The notes below the pieces were generated by a model. It did not search any database. It was not told where the DNA came from and saw nothing but the letters and a program-made list of their open reading frames with translations. The position numbers and the translations under genes are program-made. From IMG/VR virus record IMGVR_UViG_3300021255_004321, positions 1 through 64,000 of that record: 64,000 nt of DNA. One strand, 5' to 3'. Positions 1 to 10,187 of this stretch are shown here, piece after piece; position 1 is the stretch's first letter, and every line of letters starts with the position of its first letter. Origin of the DNA: a virus (Duplodnaviria; Caudoviricetes).

Positions 1-73
1 ACATAAGTTTGCCTGTATGAATTCCATATCTGTAAGAAAGATTCCTAAGCAGTTTTGTATATGTGATGCTCAT
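1..73 (-). CDS. Hypothetical protein, N-terminal part (runs off window)
   Basis: ATG at 73-71 with AAGGAG SD, below a class-1 promoter motif; reads MSITYTKLLRNLL... Confidence 0.6.
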   Translation of the reverse strand, partial: MSITYTKLLRNLSYRYGIHTGKLM

Positions 74-94
74 AATTTGCTCCTTTTACTGTTA

Positions 95-133
95 TTACAA
101 TAATAATATAAAGAAGCAAATATGAAAGTTTAA
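95..133 (-). promoter_or_regulatory. Class-1 (putative early) promoter TTAAACTTT-N12-TTTATATTA-N3-TTGTAA
   Basis: One of 7 fixed-spacing 39-bp copies upstream of genes. Confidence 0.75.
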
Positions 134-164
134 GTTTAACTAATTTTTTATTGAGGATATTATT

Positions 165-854
165 ATGACAGTTGATGAAATATTTAATGCAATCAAAGAT
201 TATAAAGATCTTGATATTTGGGTTGATGATGGTGACAAAATGATGTCATCAGATGGCACATTAGAAACTGCACAATGGATGCTTGACAATATAGAAGACG
301 GCGCCAGAGTTGAAGCAAGAATATATTACGATGAAGAAGGCAACAGAGTTCCTAGTGATGAATATAATTCTGATGTTGATGTAGAAACTGTTTTCGACTC
401 AGATGACTTCATTGTTGATGAATACAATAAAAATGATGATGTAGGCGATACTTCTGAAATGATTAACTTTCCAAGCATTGGAAGAAAATTGGATAAGAAT
501 AACTGGGTTGAGTCTCGTCTTTGTAAAGCATTCTGTGAAAGATTTAATATAGAGTGTCATATAAAAGATTATGATCTTTACGATAAAATTTCTTCAGAAT
601 GTGAAACATCCGACAAAAATATATCTATATTTAATGATGCTTTGCACATCGAAGGCGACGCTGTTAGAAAATATCTTAAAAATGACAAGTACTCTCGTGT
701 TACAGTTTCTATCAGAGATGGTGAATGTGAATTGTTCTTACGCCCAGATGGCAGATGTATTGACTTAGGCTTAAGATGGACATTAAAAACAGATCTTTCA
801 TCATTCTTGCCTAAACTTGTTCAAAAAGTTGTTGATGTTGTAAAAACATTGTAA
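165..854 (+). CDS. Acidic hypothetical protein; N-terminal module similar to C-terminal module of 9563..10186
   Basis: GAGG SD, ACTAATT motif at 139; shared DDG..G.LETAQ...N...G..V.A...Y.E.G..V..DE pattern. Confidence 0.75.
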   Translation: MTVDEIFNAIKDYKDLDIWVDDGDKMMSSDGTLETAQWMLDNIEDGARVEARIYYDEEGNRVPSDEYNSDVDVETVFDSDDFIVDEYNKNDDVGDTSEMINFPSIGRKLDKNNWVESRLCKAFCERFNIECHIKDYDLYDKISSECETSDKNISIFNDALHIEGDAVRKYLKNDKYSRVTVSIRDGECELFLRPDGRCIDLGLRWTLKTDLSSFLPKLVQKVVDVVKTL

Positions 855-859
855 GCAGT

Positions 860-1444
860 TTAAACAATATAAAGATTTTGTGCAATTTGTTTGATATAAG
901 AGTCAATTTCATTTACAACTTGGGAAAGGTGTTTTGTCAAGTGGATTTCTTGATTTTGTAAACCGCCTGAAGCAGCGTGTTTTTCATCCCAAATGCCTTT
1001 TCCTTTTTCGCCTGTAAACTTGTAAATTGATAAGTCGTGTTTTGCAAGTCCTTCCCAACAACCCTGCCAATAAAATGATGGGTCATCACTGTAAAACTTT
1101 ACATCGCAATTGTGAATTACCTGTTTAAGTGCTTGCTCAAGTTGTCCATAACCCATATTCTTTTCATCTTTAAGGTATTGCCCAACTTTATAGAAACGAA
1201 GACACAATGTGTATTGTCCGTTCTTTCCTTGAGGAAGATTTGTTGCAGCTATGTACCCAGTTGCCCCGTAAGTTGAGTTGGCAAAAAATATCAACTCAAG
1301 AAAGTCTTGCTTCCTATAATAAGCGGCTTGGCCCAAGTCAATGTTGAAATCATTTTGATAACGCAAATCAAGATGATGTTGTGTCAAGCCTGAAACTGAA
1401 TTACCTGCTAATGAATCTATAGTTGCCTCAAGGAATAACTGCAT
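860..1444 (-). CDS. Hypothetical protein following portal; degenerate SWIM-like signature
   Basis: Starts 1 nt after portal stop; DVKFYSDDPSFYWQG...LTKHL. Confidence 0.7.
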   Translation of the reverse strand: MQLFLEATIDSLAGNSVSGLTQHHLDLRYQNDFNIDLGQAAYYRKQDFLELIFFANSTYGATGYIAATNLPQGKNGQYTLCLRFYKVGQYLKDEKNMGYGQLEQALKQVIHNCDVKFYSDDPSFYWQGCWEGLAKHDLSIYKFTGEKGKGIWDEKHAASGGLQNQEIHLTKHLSQVVNEIDSYIKQIAQNLYIV

Positions 1445-1445
1445 T

Positions 1446-3656
1446 TTACTCTCCTATTCCACCTGTAAGAATATCTGACGCAATCTGTTCTTCAACTTTT
1501 CTGCGTCTTTCAGCTTCATCTTCAGATGTAAATGAATCTTTAATTTCCTGCATCTTATCGCCTACAGTTTGTTCAGAAAGACGATTGCTGTTTGCAGGTA
1601 CGCCTGTTCTCAATTCATTTAATACTTTTATAGTGTCGTTGAGAACATCGCTTTCTTGAATTTTTGGCATTACATACTTGTGAGAAACAGTTCCGCCCTC
1701 ACCGTTGTAGTTTGGAATCCAATCGTTTCCTGCCCATTCAGTAAGGTGTTGACTTTCAATAAACTTTATAAACAAACCGTCTTTTGCTTCTTTATATCTG
1801 TTTGATACTTCACGGAGTCGTTTCTGCTGCAACTCTGTCATACGAGCTTTTCTTTCACGAAGAAGCTTCTTTGCTTTTGCTGCTTCAATTTTAGCAGATT
1901 CCATAACTGTATCATCTCCGCCGCCCATATCGTCGCCGCCTGTATCATCACCGCCGAAGTCAAAGTCATCTCCGCCATCGTCTCCACCGCTGTCTTCATC
2001 ATCTCCGCCGCCTACAGGCTTTAAGAATGAAGACAAACGCATCCACTTCTGAACGTCTGTTGGGTCAAGGAATGAATACTTTGAAAGAATATCAGTAACA
2101 ACATCTTCAGGAAGAGGTTCTCCTTCTTCAAGTCCTAAAGCTGATGTAATCAATTCCATAATGGACTGAGTCATTTCAAGAGTTGCCATACGAGCTTCAC
2201 GCTTTTCCTGTCCCATCTCTTCGGCAGGGAAACGCATTGAAAGAACGAATGGAGTATTATAATCAAACTCACCTGTGATTGCAAAATGCAATCTTATAAG
2301 TTCACCAATACCATCAAGACAAGCTGATTGAATTGTATAAACGTGGCGAGCGAAAGGTTTGTACTGTTCTGTCAATGAAATACCTGAGTTACCGAAGCCA
2401 CCAAATTCTTGGTCAAGATATGCCTTAGGTACACCTGATGCACGAGCAACACGGTCTTGGTAAAGTTCAATATCCCCTACGAAGTCGATGTCACACTTTG
2501 ACTCTTTTACATCAACATCAATCAAATCCTTAGGAGCCCAGATTTTTGTATTTACAGTGTAAACTTCATTACCAGCATTTGCAGGATTTACACCGATATT
2601 ATCATATTCCTCACGAACTTCATTTACGTGTTCAAAAGCAACATCAGGACCCATACCTTCAGTTCCTTGTACACCGTAAATTGTTACTGGGAATGACATC
2701 TGTCTTGCAAGGCCTTGCAACATAATTGCAGAGAAAGCCAACTTAAATGGTGAAATACAACCTAAAAGAGGTGGACGACCATAAGGATAGAATTCAGAGT
2801 TTTCTGCGTTGTAACGGAAATGTGATACTTCCCAAGGTGGTAAAATGTTTCCATCATACAATTCATATCCCAAAAGTTTAGCATCATAAGAATCTGCAAT
2901 GTTTTCATCAAGGTCCATTGTTTTCTTATCAAGAATTATATCTATAAGTTTTTGTATTTTCTCGGCGCGGTTTTTATTTGCAGAAAGATAACCATTTTTC
3001 TGTGAAAGATATTCTGCCATTCTGATTGGGTTAAACTCAAGTCTTTCCATAACTGAGTTTACTTTGATAGGCTTAATACCTTCAATGCCATTAAGACCTA
3101 CTTTGTGAAGCCAAAATGATTCACCGTAAAGTTCAAGATCGTGGCAAACCTGCTGCAATCTTTGCTGATTGATACCCCATCTTGAAAACAATTCATAACA
3201 CTTTGAAGAGAATGCTGCGTTAGGAGAGTCAACTGTCAAGATACGGTTTTGAACATCAAGCTGTGTTGCTTCTGCAGCACAAAGTTCAACTACACGATAA
3301 CCGAAGTCATCATTGTAATAAAAGAATGACAATTCATTAAGTCTTTGTTGTCTATCCTGAATATCGTTATATGAAAGAGTTGTCTCCTGCATATAAGCAT
3401 CAAAGTATTTTTCAACATTTTCTGTAAGATGTTCTGATTTGAATACTGAACCAAGAGCAGCATTCTTGAAGCGGTATGCATCGTTGTTCAAGTCAACACG
3501 AACAAACTCCATACCATATTTTTTAACTAAAGGGTCATCGCTCTTTTCGTCTCTTTTTGCTCTAAAGCCAAATAATGATGAGAGACGTGAAACATATGAA
3601 CTTTTCAATATGCTTGATTTAGGAGCCTCTCCACTTCTATAAATATCATCTGCCAT
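1446..3656 (-). CDS. Portal protein, T4 gp20-like, with acidic linker and C-terminal extension
   Basis: LELYGESF, VSHFR...YPYGRPPL, DIELYQDRVARASGVPKAYL motifs typical of gp20-type portals; ACTAAAT motif at 3677. Confidence 0.85.
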   Translation of the reverse strand: MADDIYRSGEAPKSSILKSSYVSRLSSLFGFRAKRDEKSDDPLVKKYGMEFVRVDLNNDAYRFKNAALGSVFKSEHLTENVEKYFDAYMQETTLSYNDIQDRQQRLNELSFFYYNDDFGYRVVELCAAEATQLDVQNRILTVDSPNAAFSSKCYELFSRWGINQQRLQQVCHDLELYGESFWLHKVGLNGIEGIKPIKVNSVMERLEFNPIRMAEYLSQKNGYLSANKNRAEKIQKLIDIILDKKTMDLDENIADSYDAKLLGYELYDGNILPPWEVSHFRYNAENSEFYPYGRPPLLGCISPFKLAFSAIMLQGLARQMSFPVTIYGVQGTEGMGPDVAFEHVNEVREEYDNIGVNPANAGNEVYTVNTKIWAPKDLIDVDVKESKCDIDFVGDIELYQDRVARASGVPKAYLDQEFGGFGNSGISLTEQYKPFARHVYTIQSACLDGIGELIRLHFAITGEFDYNTPFVLSMRFPAEEMGQEKREARMATLEMTQSIMELITSALGLEEGEPLPEDVVTDILSKYSFLDPTDVQKWMRLSSFLKPVGGGDDEDSGGDDGGDDFDFGGDDTGGDDMGGGDDTVMESAKIEAAKAKKLLRERKARMTELQQKRLREVSNRYKEAKDGLFIKFIESQHLTEWAGNDWIPNYNGEGGTVSHKYVMPKIQESDVLNDTIKVLNELRTGVPANSNRLSEQTVGDKMQEIKDSFTSEDEAERRRKVEEQIASDILTGGIGE

Positions 3657-3692
3657 CTAAAAGATACCTCTTATATATTTAGTTTTAAAAAG

Positions 3693-3726
3693 AAAAAAGC
3701 GTTCATATTTGTGGTATATGAACGCT
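3693..3726 (-). terminator. Intrinsic terminator
   Basis: 11-bp stem AGCGTTCATAT/ATATGAACGCT plus U tract after 3753..4601. Confidence 0.7.
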
Positions 3727-3752
3727 CAACTATTATATATTAACAGTCGACT

Positions 3753-4601
3753 TTATTCATTAAGAAGTTTATCGAAAAGCTGTTTCTTTGACTCTTCAAG
3801 AGGGTCACCATCAGTAAATCCGTTGTTCTGTGGATTTAATGTTGCATTATTGCCTCTTTCTGGGTCAAACATACTAGGTGAGTCAAGATAATCATCTGTG
3901 TAATTATCAGAGTCTCCACCTAAAAGACCTTTTTTGTAAACAGGCATTGTGTCTGCAATCTCTCTTTCCATATCATCAGAATAATCTGAGTAAGCTTTCT
4001 CTGCAGCGTATGAAGCTTGTTCAATGCCGTCCCAGCCGTCTTTAGGTTCTTCTGGTCTTGTAGGATCATCATCGTCGCTTACACCTGCATCAGGGTTAGT
4101 ATATCCAAGATCATCCCAATCTTCTTCACCGCCATCATAAACAGGTAAACCATTTTCATCATCGTAAAGGTAATCACCTACTGCTTCACGAATTCTTGTC
4201 TCTTCTTCTTTGCTCATTTTTGCCTCGAATAAGCCAAAGCAATCTGCTCTGGAAAGAGCCGAATCCAATGTTGGGAAAGGGCCCATTTTATTATAAAGTC
4301 CATTTGCCAAAGAGAACAAATAAACCTCAAATCCGCCTTCATCATCCTCAGACTTTTTTGTTTTCAAAACAACCAAGTATTTTCTATTACCTGCAAGTGT
4401 TCTTCTAACTTCACCACAAGCAGCAATTGAGCCTTTGCCCTTTATTGCGTCTTTAAGTGCATTATATTCTGGGATTTCTGATGGGATAACATTATCAATG
4501 CAGCCTGAGCCTTTTTCAAGGCCTCTGCAAGAATCGCCTTGAGTATTTGCTTCTTTACGACATTCCATACCAAGACAATAAACATTATCAAAGTTGTTCA
4601 T
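3753..4601 (-). CDS. Acidic hypothetical protein (putative head-internal)
   Basis: GGAG SD, ACTAAAT motif at 4621, IREA/LEES sites, ends KKQLFDKLLNE. Confidence 0.7.
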   Translation of the reverse strand: MNNFDNVYCLGMECRKEANTQGDSCRGLEKGSGCIDNVIPSEIPEYNALKDAIKGKGSIAACGEVRRTLAGNRKYLVVLKTKKSEDDEGGFEVYLFSLANGLYNKMGPFPTLDSALSRADCFGLFEAKMSKEEETRIREAVGDYLYDDENGLPVYDGGEEDWDDLGYTNPDAGVSDDDDPTRPEEPKDGWDGIEQASYAAEKAYSDYSDDMEREIADTMPVYKKGLLGGDSDNYTDDYLDSPSMFDPERGNNATLNPQNNGFTDGDPLEESKKQLFDKLLNE

Positions 4602-4646
4602 TATTTATCTCCACTTTATTATTTAGTTACAATAAACTAATTTATT

Positions 4647-6269
4647 ATGACTGGTATATGTTATTTTGCAAACGATGAGGTTGAATACTTTGCAGAACAG
4701 CAAGTTAATTCAATCGTAAATGATATTGATGACGGCGCAACACTTATAAGAGAAAATGAAGCTTTCTCCCCTGAGCTTGTTGATAACTTAATTGAAGAAG
4801 CTGCAAATAAGAAATGTAATAAATTGGTTTTGATGGTTGAAGGAAAAAAGTATCATCAATACTCAAAAGTAATTCCTGAAGTTTACGGCGATATGTTTGA
4901 GTCAATCGAAGTTGTGCCTGAAAACTTTGTAAGAGTTAGAGAAAGTAACAATTACGATTACTATGACGGGATGGAGGCAGACGCAGTATTCTGGGCGGAT
5001 AAGTATGATGAATACGTTGACGCAGGAATGACTGACCCTGATGATGGCATTGTCGGATTTGTTGCAGGAAAGATTGATGAAGAACATCCTTCTGACAGCC
5101 CAGAACAGTATGCTTCATTGGAAAGATGGGTTATGAGCATCCTTAAAGAAAAAGGATATTTTAAAATGCCGTGGATGACAGAAGCTCTTTTGAGAGAAAA
5201 TGATACTGCTGCAAGAGGCGCTCAAGCTTTACCTCAAAATGGACAAACACAGCAAGTAAAGCCTGTTCAGCAAAATAATCAACAACCATTCAATGATGCA
5301 AGCTCTGTGACATATATTCTTTGTGATGCTGCTCATATCAACCTTGCTAACATTAAAGCTTTTGATAATGATACAAAGCCTCTTATAGGAAAGTTTAAGT
5401 TACAAAATGTAAGAAGATCATTTACAACTGTTGATAGCGCAAGACTTGAAGGAGCGGCTCTTAAAAGCTTGTTGGTTGAATATCCAAAGAAAGTTGCAAA
5501 CCTTGAAACTGTTGCACAGCAAATGTCACCTGATGCTCCTGACTTTTCACTTGAAGCAGACGTGCAAATGACATTACAAGCATTCTTGCAAAAAGCAGGA
5601 ACTGTAACACAAAAAGTAAAAGATGCTCAAGGTAATGAAGTTGAGCAGCAAGTAAATACAGGCACAGGTGCAAATGTAAATATTTTTGCTCCTACAAAGC
5701 AGTATCAATATTTAATGAAAGCTGCAGGTGCTTATCAAAACATCCGTGTATTCAATCTTGGTAAGTCTTATGAAAATCAAAATAACCAAAAGATTAACCA
5801 ACTTATGGAAATTCTTTTGAACACAGATAAAGAACTTGAATACACAGGAAAAGAAGAAGATTGGGTTGCTGCTCAAAAAGAAGGTAAAAACAACCTTGAT
5901 ATGCAGTTTATCAATTATGTTCGTTCAATAATGAAGTTTATGAATGAATATGCAAATTGTGATAGACGCAAGCCACACGATAAGGCAAAACGCGAAAGCG
6001 AATTGATGAAAGCATTGAAAGCTCAACTTATGAAGTGGTCAGGCATTGATAACGCAAAGAAAGAATTAAGTGACAACTCTGCAATCGCAAAGTTTGCTAT
6101 TGAGACTTTCGATAAAGTTAAAGATGCCGCAAAGAAAGATTTACAGGGTAATGAAAAAGATAAGAATAAAGGTATGTTTGATGAAAAACAAGCAAAAGAC
6201 CGCAACCCTAAAAATATCTTTATGTGGAAACATTACGCTGAATTAAGAAAGCTTCTTATTGATAAATAA
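4647..6269 (+). CDS. Hypothetical protein (putative virion/head-internal)
   Basis: 540-aa ORF; ACTAATT 4 nt before ATG; IREN, VRES, LREN sites. Confidence 0.75.
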   Translation: MTGICYFANDEVEYFAEQQVNSIVNDIDDGATLIRENEAFSPELVDNLIEEAANKKCNKLVLMVEGKKYHQYSKVIPEVYGDMFESIEVVPENFVRVRESNNYDYYDGMEADAVFWADKYDEYVDAGMTDPDDGIVGFVAGKIDEEHPSDSPEQYASLERWVMSILKEKGYFKMPWMTEALLRENDTAARGAQALPQNGQTQQVKPVQQNNQQPFNDASSVTYILCDAAHINLANIKAFDNDTKPLIGKFKLQNVRRSFTTVDSARLEGAALKSLLVEYPKKVANLETVAQQMSPDAPDFSLEADVQMTLQAFLQKAGTVTQKVKDAQGNEVEQQVNTGTGANVNIFAPTKQYQYLMKAAGAYQNIRVFNLGKSYENQNNQKINQLMEILLNTDKELEYTGKEEDWVAAQKEGKNNLDMQFINYVRSIMKFMNEYANCDRRKPHDKAKRESELMKALKAQLMKWSGIDNAKKELSDNSAIAKFAIETFDKVKDAAKKDLQGNEKDKNKGMFDEKQAKDRNPKNIFMWKHYAELRKLLIDK

Positions 6270-6494
6270 TTATTTTTCTGTAAGATCTTTTGTGTAAGCT
6301 ATTGTAAGTTGATTGTTTCTGACGAGTTTAAGCAACATTAAAGTTTTTGTCAATTCGTCAGTTATGATTAGTTCATCAGTATTTGTCAAATGACACGGAC
6401 ATATTAAAGGGAAGCCTGCGTTTTTATATTTTTGATAAGCAAGAGTCGTTTCAGTACTTGTGCTAATCTTAAAAACGTGGCTTCCCACTTTCAT
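6270..6494 (-). CDS. Small hypothetical protein
   Basis: TAATG coupling to upstream gene. Confidence 0.55.
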   Translation of the reverse strand: MKVGSHVFKISTSTETTLAYQKYKNAGFPLICPCHLTNTDELIITDELTKTLMLLKLVRNNQLTIAYTKDLTEK

Positions 6495-7246
6495 TACAAT
6501 CTTCCTACTTCAGACCCAACTGCTTTATGAGAAATCTGACAACGAATCTGAAGTTCAGCTGCCTTTGCGATAATCTCTTTTGCATTTGTCAAGTCTTCGA
6601 TAATTACCGAGATACGGTTCTTATCACATTGAGCTGTTTGTGACTCAACATAGTTCTTATAGAACTTTTCAACATCATCAGCATTTTTACAAACACACTG
6701 ACAATTTGAGAAAATGTTCTTTGACATATCAAGGAACGCAAACATATTTTTTGGAGCTTCTGTGTCGCAATCAATCAACACAACGTTGAAGTTTTCGTAA
6801 AACTGTTTGATACCTGAATAATTGATTGGCTTTCCTTTGAAAGCAAATTTTGGTGGCTGCTTACGGAATTCAACAGTCTCCTCATTCTGCAAATCGTGAG
6901 AGATATGAGAAATCATTGCAAAGAGAATCATTGACTCGTCAATACAATTTTTGTTTGCCATATCTTCGCCGATGAAGAAACCATACTTTTTTGAAAGAAG
7001 GAAGTCAACCCAATCATCTTCGAGTCCCTTTTCTTCAAGTTTCTTTTTTACATCTTCAAGAACAGCCTCACATTCTTTTGTAAGATCTTCTCTTGCAGGT
7101 TCTTTCTGTCCATCAGGAATTGTGAATTGTCTCCCATCATCAGAAAATCTGAATACAAGACCATTAAGACCCTGAACCTGTCCTTCTGGGAAGTACTCCC
7201 AATTTAAGTCGTCCAACTTAAGCATTCTGTTTCCTCCAATCGTCAA
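6494..7246 (-). CDS. Hypothetical protein (likely start at internal MLKL)
   Basis: Long ORF in operon; GGAGG precedes MLKL. Confidence 0.7.
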   Translation of the reverse strand: MTIGGNRMLKLDDLNWEYFPEGQVQGLNGLVFRFSDDGRQFTIPDGQKEPAREDLTKECEAVLEDVKKKLEEKGLEDDWVDFLLSKKYGFFIGEDMANKNCIDESMILFAMISHISHDLQNEETVEFRKQPPKFAFKGKPINYSGIKQFYENFNVVLIDCDTEAPKNMFAFLDMSKNIFSNCQCVCKNADDVEKFYKNYVESQTAQCDKNRISVIIEDLTNAKEIIAKAAELQIRCQISHKAVGSEVGRL

Positions 7247-7589
7247 TCTCTTCTTTCATACCTTCAATTGCTGCTTGATATTCCATTGAACCACGGTCTC
7301 TTAATGGGAACTTAAGTTCAAGAATGATTACATTCTTGTCGTCCTTTTTGTAAGCCAACGAAATCTGGTCAGTATCAAAGCAGCGGAATACATCGAGATT
7401 ATATCTTTCCTTACAATAAGCAGTAAGGTCCTCAAATACATTGTTCTCAATATCAATTAAATTATCGTGTTGTTTGAATAATGTGTTCTTCTTTTTCTTA
7501 TCCAAAACTTTTGATGTCACAATGAGATTTGCAAATCCTATGACAATGTTAAGAACAAGTAATACACTTATTAACATTAAAACCTCCAT
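7218..7589 (-). CDS. Hypothetical protein with N-terminal membrane anchor
   Basis: Hydrophobic N-terminus LISVLLVLNIVIGFANLIV. Confidence 0.65.
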   Translation of the reverse strand: MEVLMLISVLLVLNIVIGFANLIVTSKVLDKKKKNTLFKQHDNLIDIENNVFEDLTAYCKERYNLDVFRCFDTDQISLAYKKDDKNVIILELKFPLRDRGSMEYQAAIEGMKEEIDDWRKQNA

Positions 7590-7596
7590 TTATAAA

Positions 7597-9495
7597 TTAG
7601 ATTGTTTGGCCTTTTTGCAAGCTGAAGAGCTTTTTCCAAATACCTTCACTAATGTACTTTTGATTGAATAATGAGTTAAGAGTCTCACCTTTTGTTGCCA
7701 AGTTCAATTCCTGTAAGTTGTCGATTGAATTATCATATCTTAAAGAATATGTTCTTGTAACTTCAGTTTGTCCTGGGCGGAAGATACGGCCTCTTGACTG
7801 AGTGTACTCAACAAAGTTGTAAGTCTTTTCAACATATACTTCATATTTACATTCAACACAAGTAACTGATGTGTTCATAACTTTAATGGAAGCAATCAAA
7901 AGTTTTTGCTTAGGATCTTTTAAGAACTTCTTAACTAAAGGAATACGGTCGTCCATAGGAACATCAGCCGAAATAATACAAGGATTATATTTCTTATATC
8001 TTTCTTTCAAAGCTTCCATTGTTTCTGGGTGGAAATACCAAATGATTCCTTTTTGGTCATCAACATCAGTTCGTTCTTCAATAATTTCATCAACAATTTT
8101 AATCTTATTATAATCTTTGTTATAATCAAACTTATTGATGTCATCTTGTAAGTCTTGTGGGAAGTACTGAAACTTTTTATTATTCTTTAACGCTGTTGGG
8201 TTATCAACACAAGTTTGGAAATATTGGAATAAGTTCTTCATTCTTTCAGAGAAGCTCTGTCCACCTTCACTTGCAATGTTTGCCTGTTCAGCAGCAGTAA
8301 AGTTGCTGAAGCGTTCATATATTTTTCGATGCAATGGCGACATTTCCATAAACATCGTAGGTACTTCATAATTTAATGGCAAGTCAAGACAATCAACCAT
8401 AAGACGCTTTGCACAATAATACTTCAGCATCTTTTTATTGAACTCTTCGATTAAGTCAAGTCTCCAACCATTAGGATTGATTGCATAAGCACTGTAAGAA
8501 TTACCAATATCATTATACTTTGCACACCAAGTTTGATAGTCCATACCATCAACTAAAGCAGGGTCAAGTATCTTTGAAGGCTCATACAACTTTTCATACT
8601 TATCTGCAAGAGTTCCTGTAAACTCAAATCTCTGTTCAAAGAATGGGACAATAAAGTTCATAATCTTTGTTCGTCTTGAAGTAGGTGAACTTAAGTAATG
8701 ATTTTCATCAAGAAACAAACCACCTGGGCGGCCGTCAAGCCATTCTTTGATAGGCATTGGATTTTTAGTATAGGCTGTACTTGTAGAAGGATGCTTATTC
8801 TTTTTTGTGGCAAACTTAATATCGTAATAATAATTACTTACTGACTTCAAAGCATCATAAGAAAGGATGATAATTGTTTGAGGATATTTTTCGGTATTGA
8901 AAATATCACGGTCCTCAAACTTTACTTTTGCCATTGAAGTAATCGTAAGAATATCTTCGTCTCTCATATTCTTACCGTGTAACAATAATTCACCTTTAAC
9001 ATTACGAGTACCGATTGATGAAGAAAATATCAAACATTTATTTATGTCGCCATAATATCTTTTATGTTCGATTAAACCTGTAAGAATCCAAGATTTACCT
9101 AAACCCATTTCGTGGTGATACAAAAATCTGTTCTGGCAAAGTCCTCTTAATAAGTCTTGTATTTGATAACTTTCATAAGGATGCTTTCCTACAAGAGGCG
9201 GATAGTTCATCAATTCTTGTCGATAAGTTCGACGATATATTTTAAGTTCTTTTAAGTTTTCGTGATAAAGTTTTATCTCTTCTTCAGTAAGTAAATCAAC
9301 TTCAGGTTGCTCACCAAAGTCTACACAAGATTTATAAAAATCTTCATATCTTGTTACATTAAGAGTCCATCTTTTTAATGTGGCATTCCATCGACAACCT
9401 TCTTCTTTCAAAAAATCAACAAGGTCACGGAAATTATCGCCGCCAATCTTAATAAGAAGATTTTTATCAGATGAGTCATATTCTATAGCAACCAT
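7597..9495 (-). CDS. SNF2-family (SF2) helicase/ATPase
   Basis: HEMGLGKS (I), LDENH (II), TGT (III), QSRGRIFRPGQ (VI); start moved to MVAIEY because 9514-9538 is a terminator and a promoter motif lies at 9506. Confidence 0.9.
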   Translation of the reverse strand: MVAIEYDSSDKNLLIKIGGDNFRDLVDFLKEEGCRWNATLKRWTLNVTRYEDFYKSCVDFGEQPEVDLLTEEEIKLYHENLKELKIYRRTYRQELMNYPPLVGKHPYESYQIQDLLRGLCQNRFLYHHEMGLGKSWILTGLIEHKRYYGDINKCLIFSSSIGTRNVKGELLLHGKNMRDEDILTITSMAKVKFEDRDIFNTEKYPQTIIILSYDALKSVSNYYYDIKFATKKNKHPSTSTAYTKNPMPIKEWLDGRPGGLFLDENHYLSSPTSRRTKIMNFIVPFFEQRFEFTGTLADKYEKLYEPSKILDPALVDGMDYQTWCAKYNDIGNSYSAYAINPNGWRLDLIEEFNKKMLKYYCAKRLMVDCLDLPLNYEVPTMFMEMSPLHRKIYERFSNFTAAEQANIASEGGQSFSERMKNLFQYFQTCVDNPTALKNNKKFQYFPQDLQDDINKFDYNKDYNKIKIVDEIIEERTDVDDQKGIIWYFHPETMEALKERYKKYNPCIISADVPMDDRIPLVKKFLKDPKQKLLIASIKVMNTSVTCVECKYEVYVEKTYNFVEYTQSRGRIFRPGQTEVTRTYSLRYDNSIDNLQELNLATKGETLNSLFNQKYISEGIWKKLFSLQKGQTI

Positions 9496-9513
9496 AATAT
9501 AGAATATATTAAC

Positions 9514-9538
9514 AAAAAAGGGTACCATTACGGTACCC
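9514..9538 (-). terminator. Intrinsic terminator
   Basis: GGGTACC/GGTACCC stem plus U6. Confidence 0.7.
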
Positions 9539-9562
9539 ATATATTTTTAACTTTTTATTTTG

Positions 9563-10186
9563 TTATTCTTCGTAACCTTCTGGGATATAGCAGAACAAAT
9601 CTTCTTCATCTTCCCAAGGCTCATCGCCTGAAACTTCATCTCCATCTTCGTTATAGAAAACAGTTGCCTGAACTTTTCTTCCACCTTTAAGATTGTTAAA
9701 AGCTATTTGTGCAGTTTCTAAATCACCTTCATTGTCAAATGAATATGACTGTCCATCATCATTGTTTATTGTAATGTTATGATGGCCTGAAATATCACGG
9801 AGAATATCTTCAACTGAAATCTCAAAAAGATCTCCGCCTTCATAATCGGTTACTCTTACAACTTCGTTCATTTCACTCTCTTTCAACTTTGTTTTTTCTT
9901 TTACAGAAGTACATTCATCAAAAACACAATGCTCGCCAAGATACTGAGAAATTGCGTCATCAATAACTGCAACTGTAAGAGGACCTTCGTAATGTTTAAT
10001 TACGCTGTCTCCGCCATCTTTATAAACTTCAACTACTGGGCAATCTTTATGAATTTTTACAAGAATGCCTTCAACGCCATCAATTTCATCAAGTTCAATT
10101 ATTGAATTGTTGATACCTAAGAAACAGTAAGAAGAGCTGTCCATCATATCAGCAATTTCATCATCACTTAAACCAATTTCGTTCAT
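9563..10186 (-). CDS. Acidic hypothetical protein (putative head-internal)
   Basis: LKES/MNE sites; C-terminal module similar to 165..854. Confidence 0.7.
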   Translation of the reverse strand: MNEIGLSDDEIADMMDSSSYCFLGINNSIIELDEIDGVEGILVKIHKDCPVVEVYKDGGDSVIKHYEGPLTVAVIDDAISQYLGEHCVFDECTSVKEKTKLKESEMNEVVRVTDYEGGDLFEISVEDILRDISGHHNITINNDDGQSYSFDNEGDLETAQIAFNNLKGGRKVQATVFYNEDGDEVSGDEPWEDEEDLFCYIPEGYEE

Positions 10187-10187
10187 T

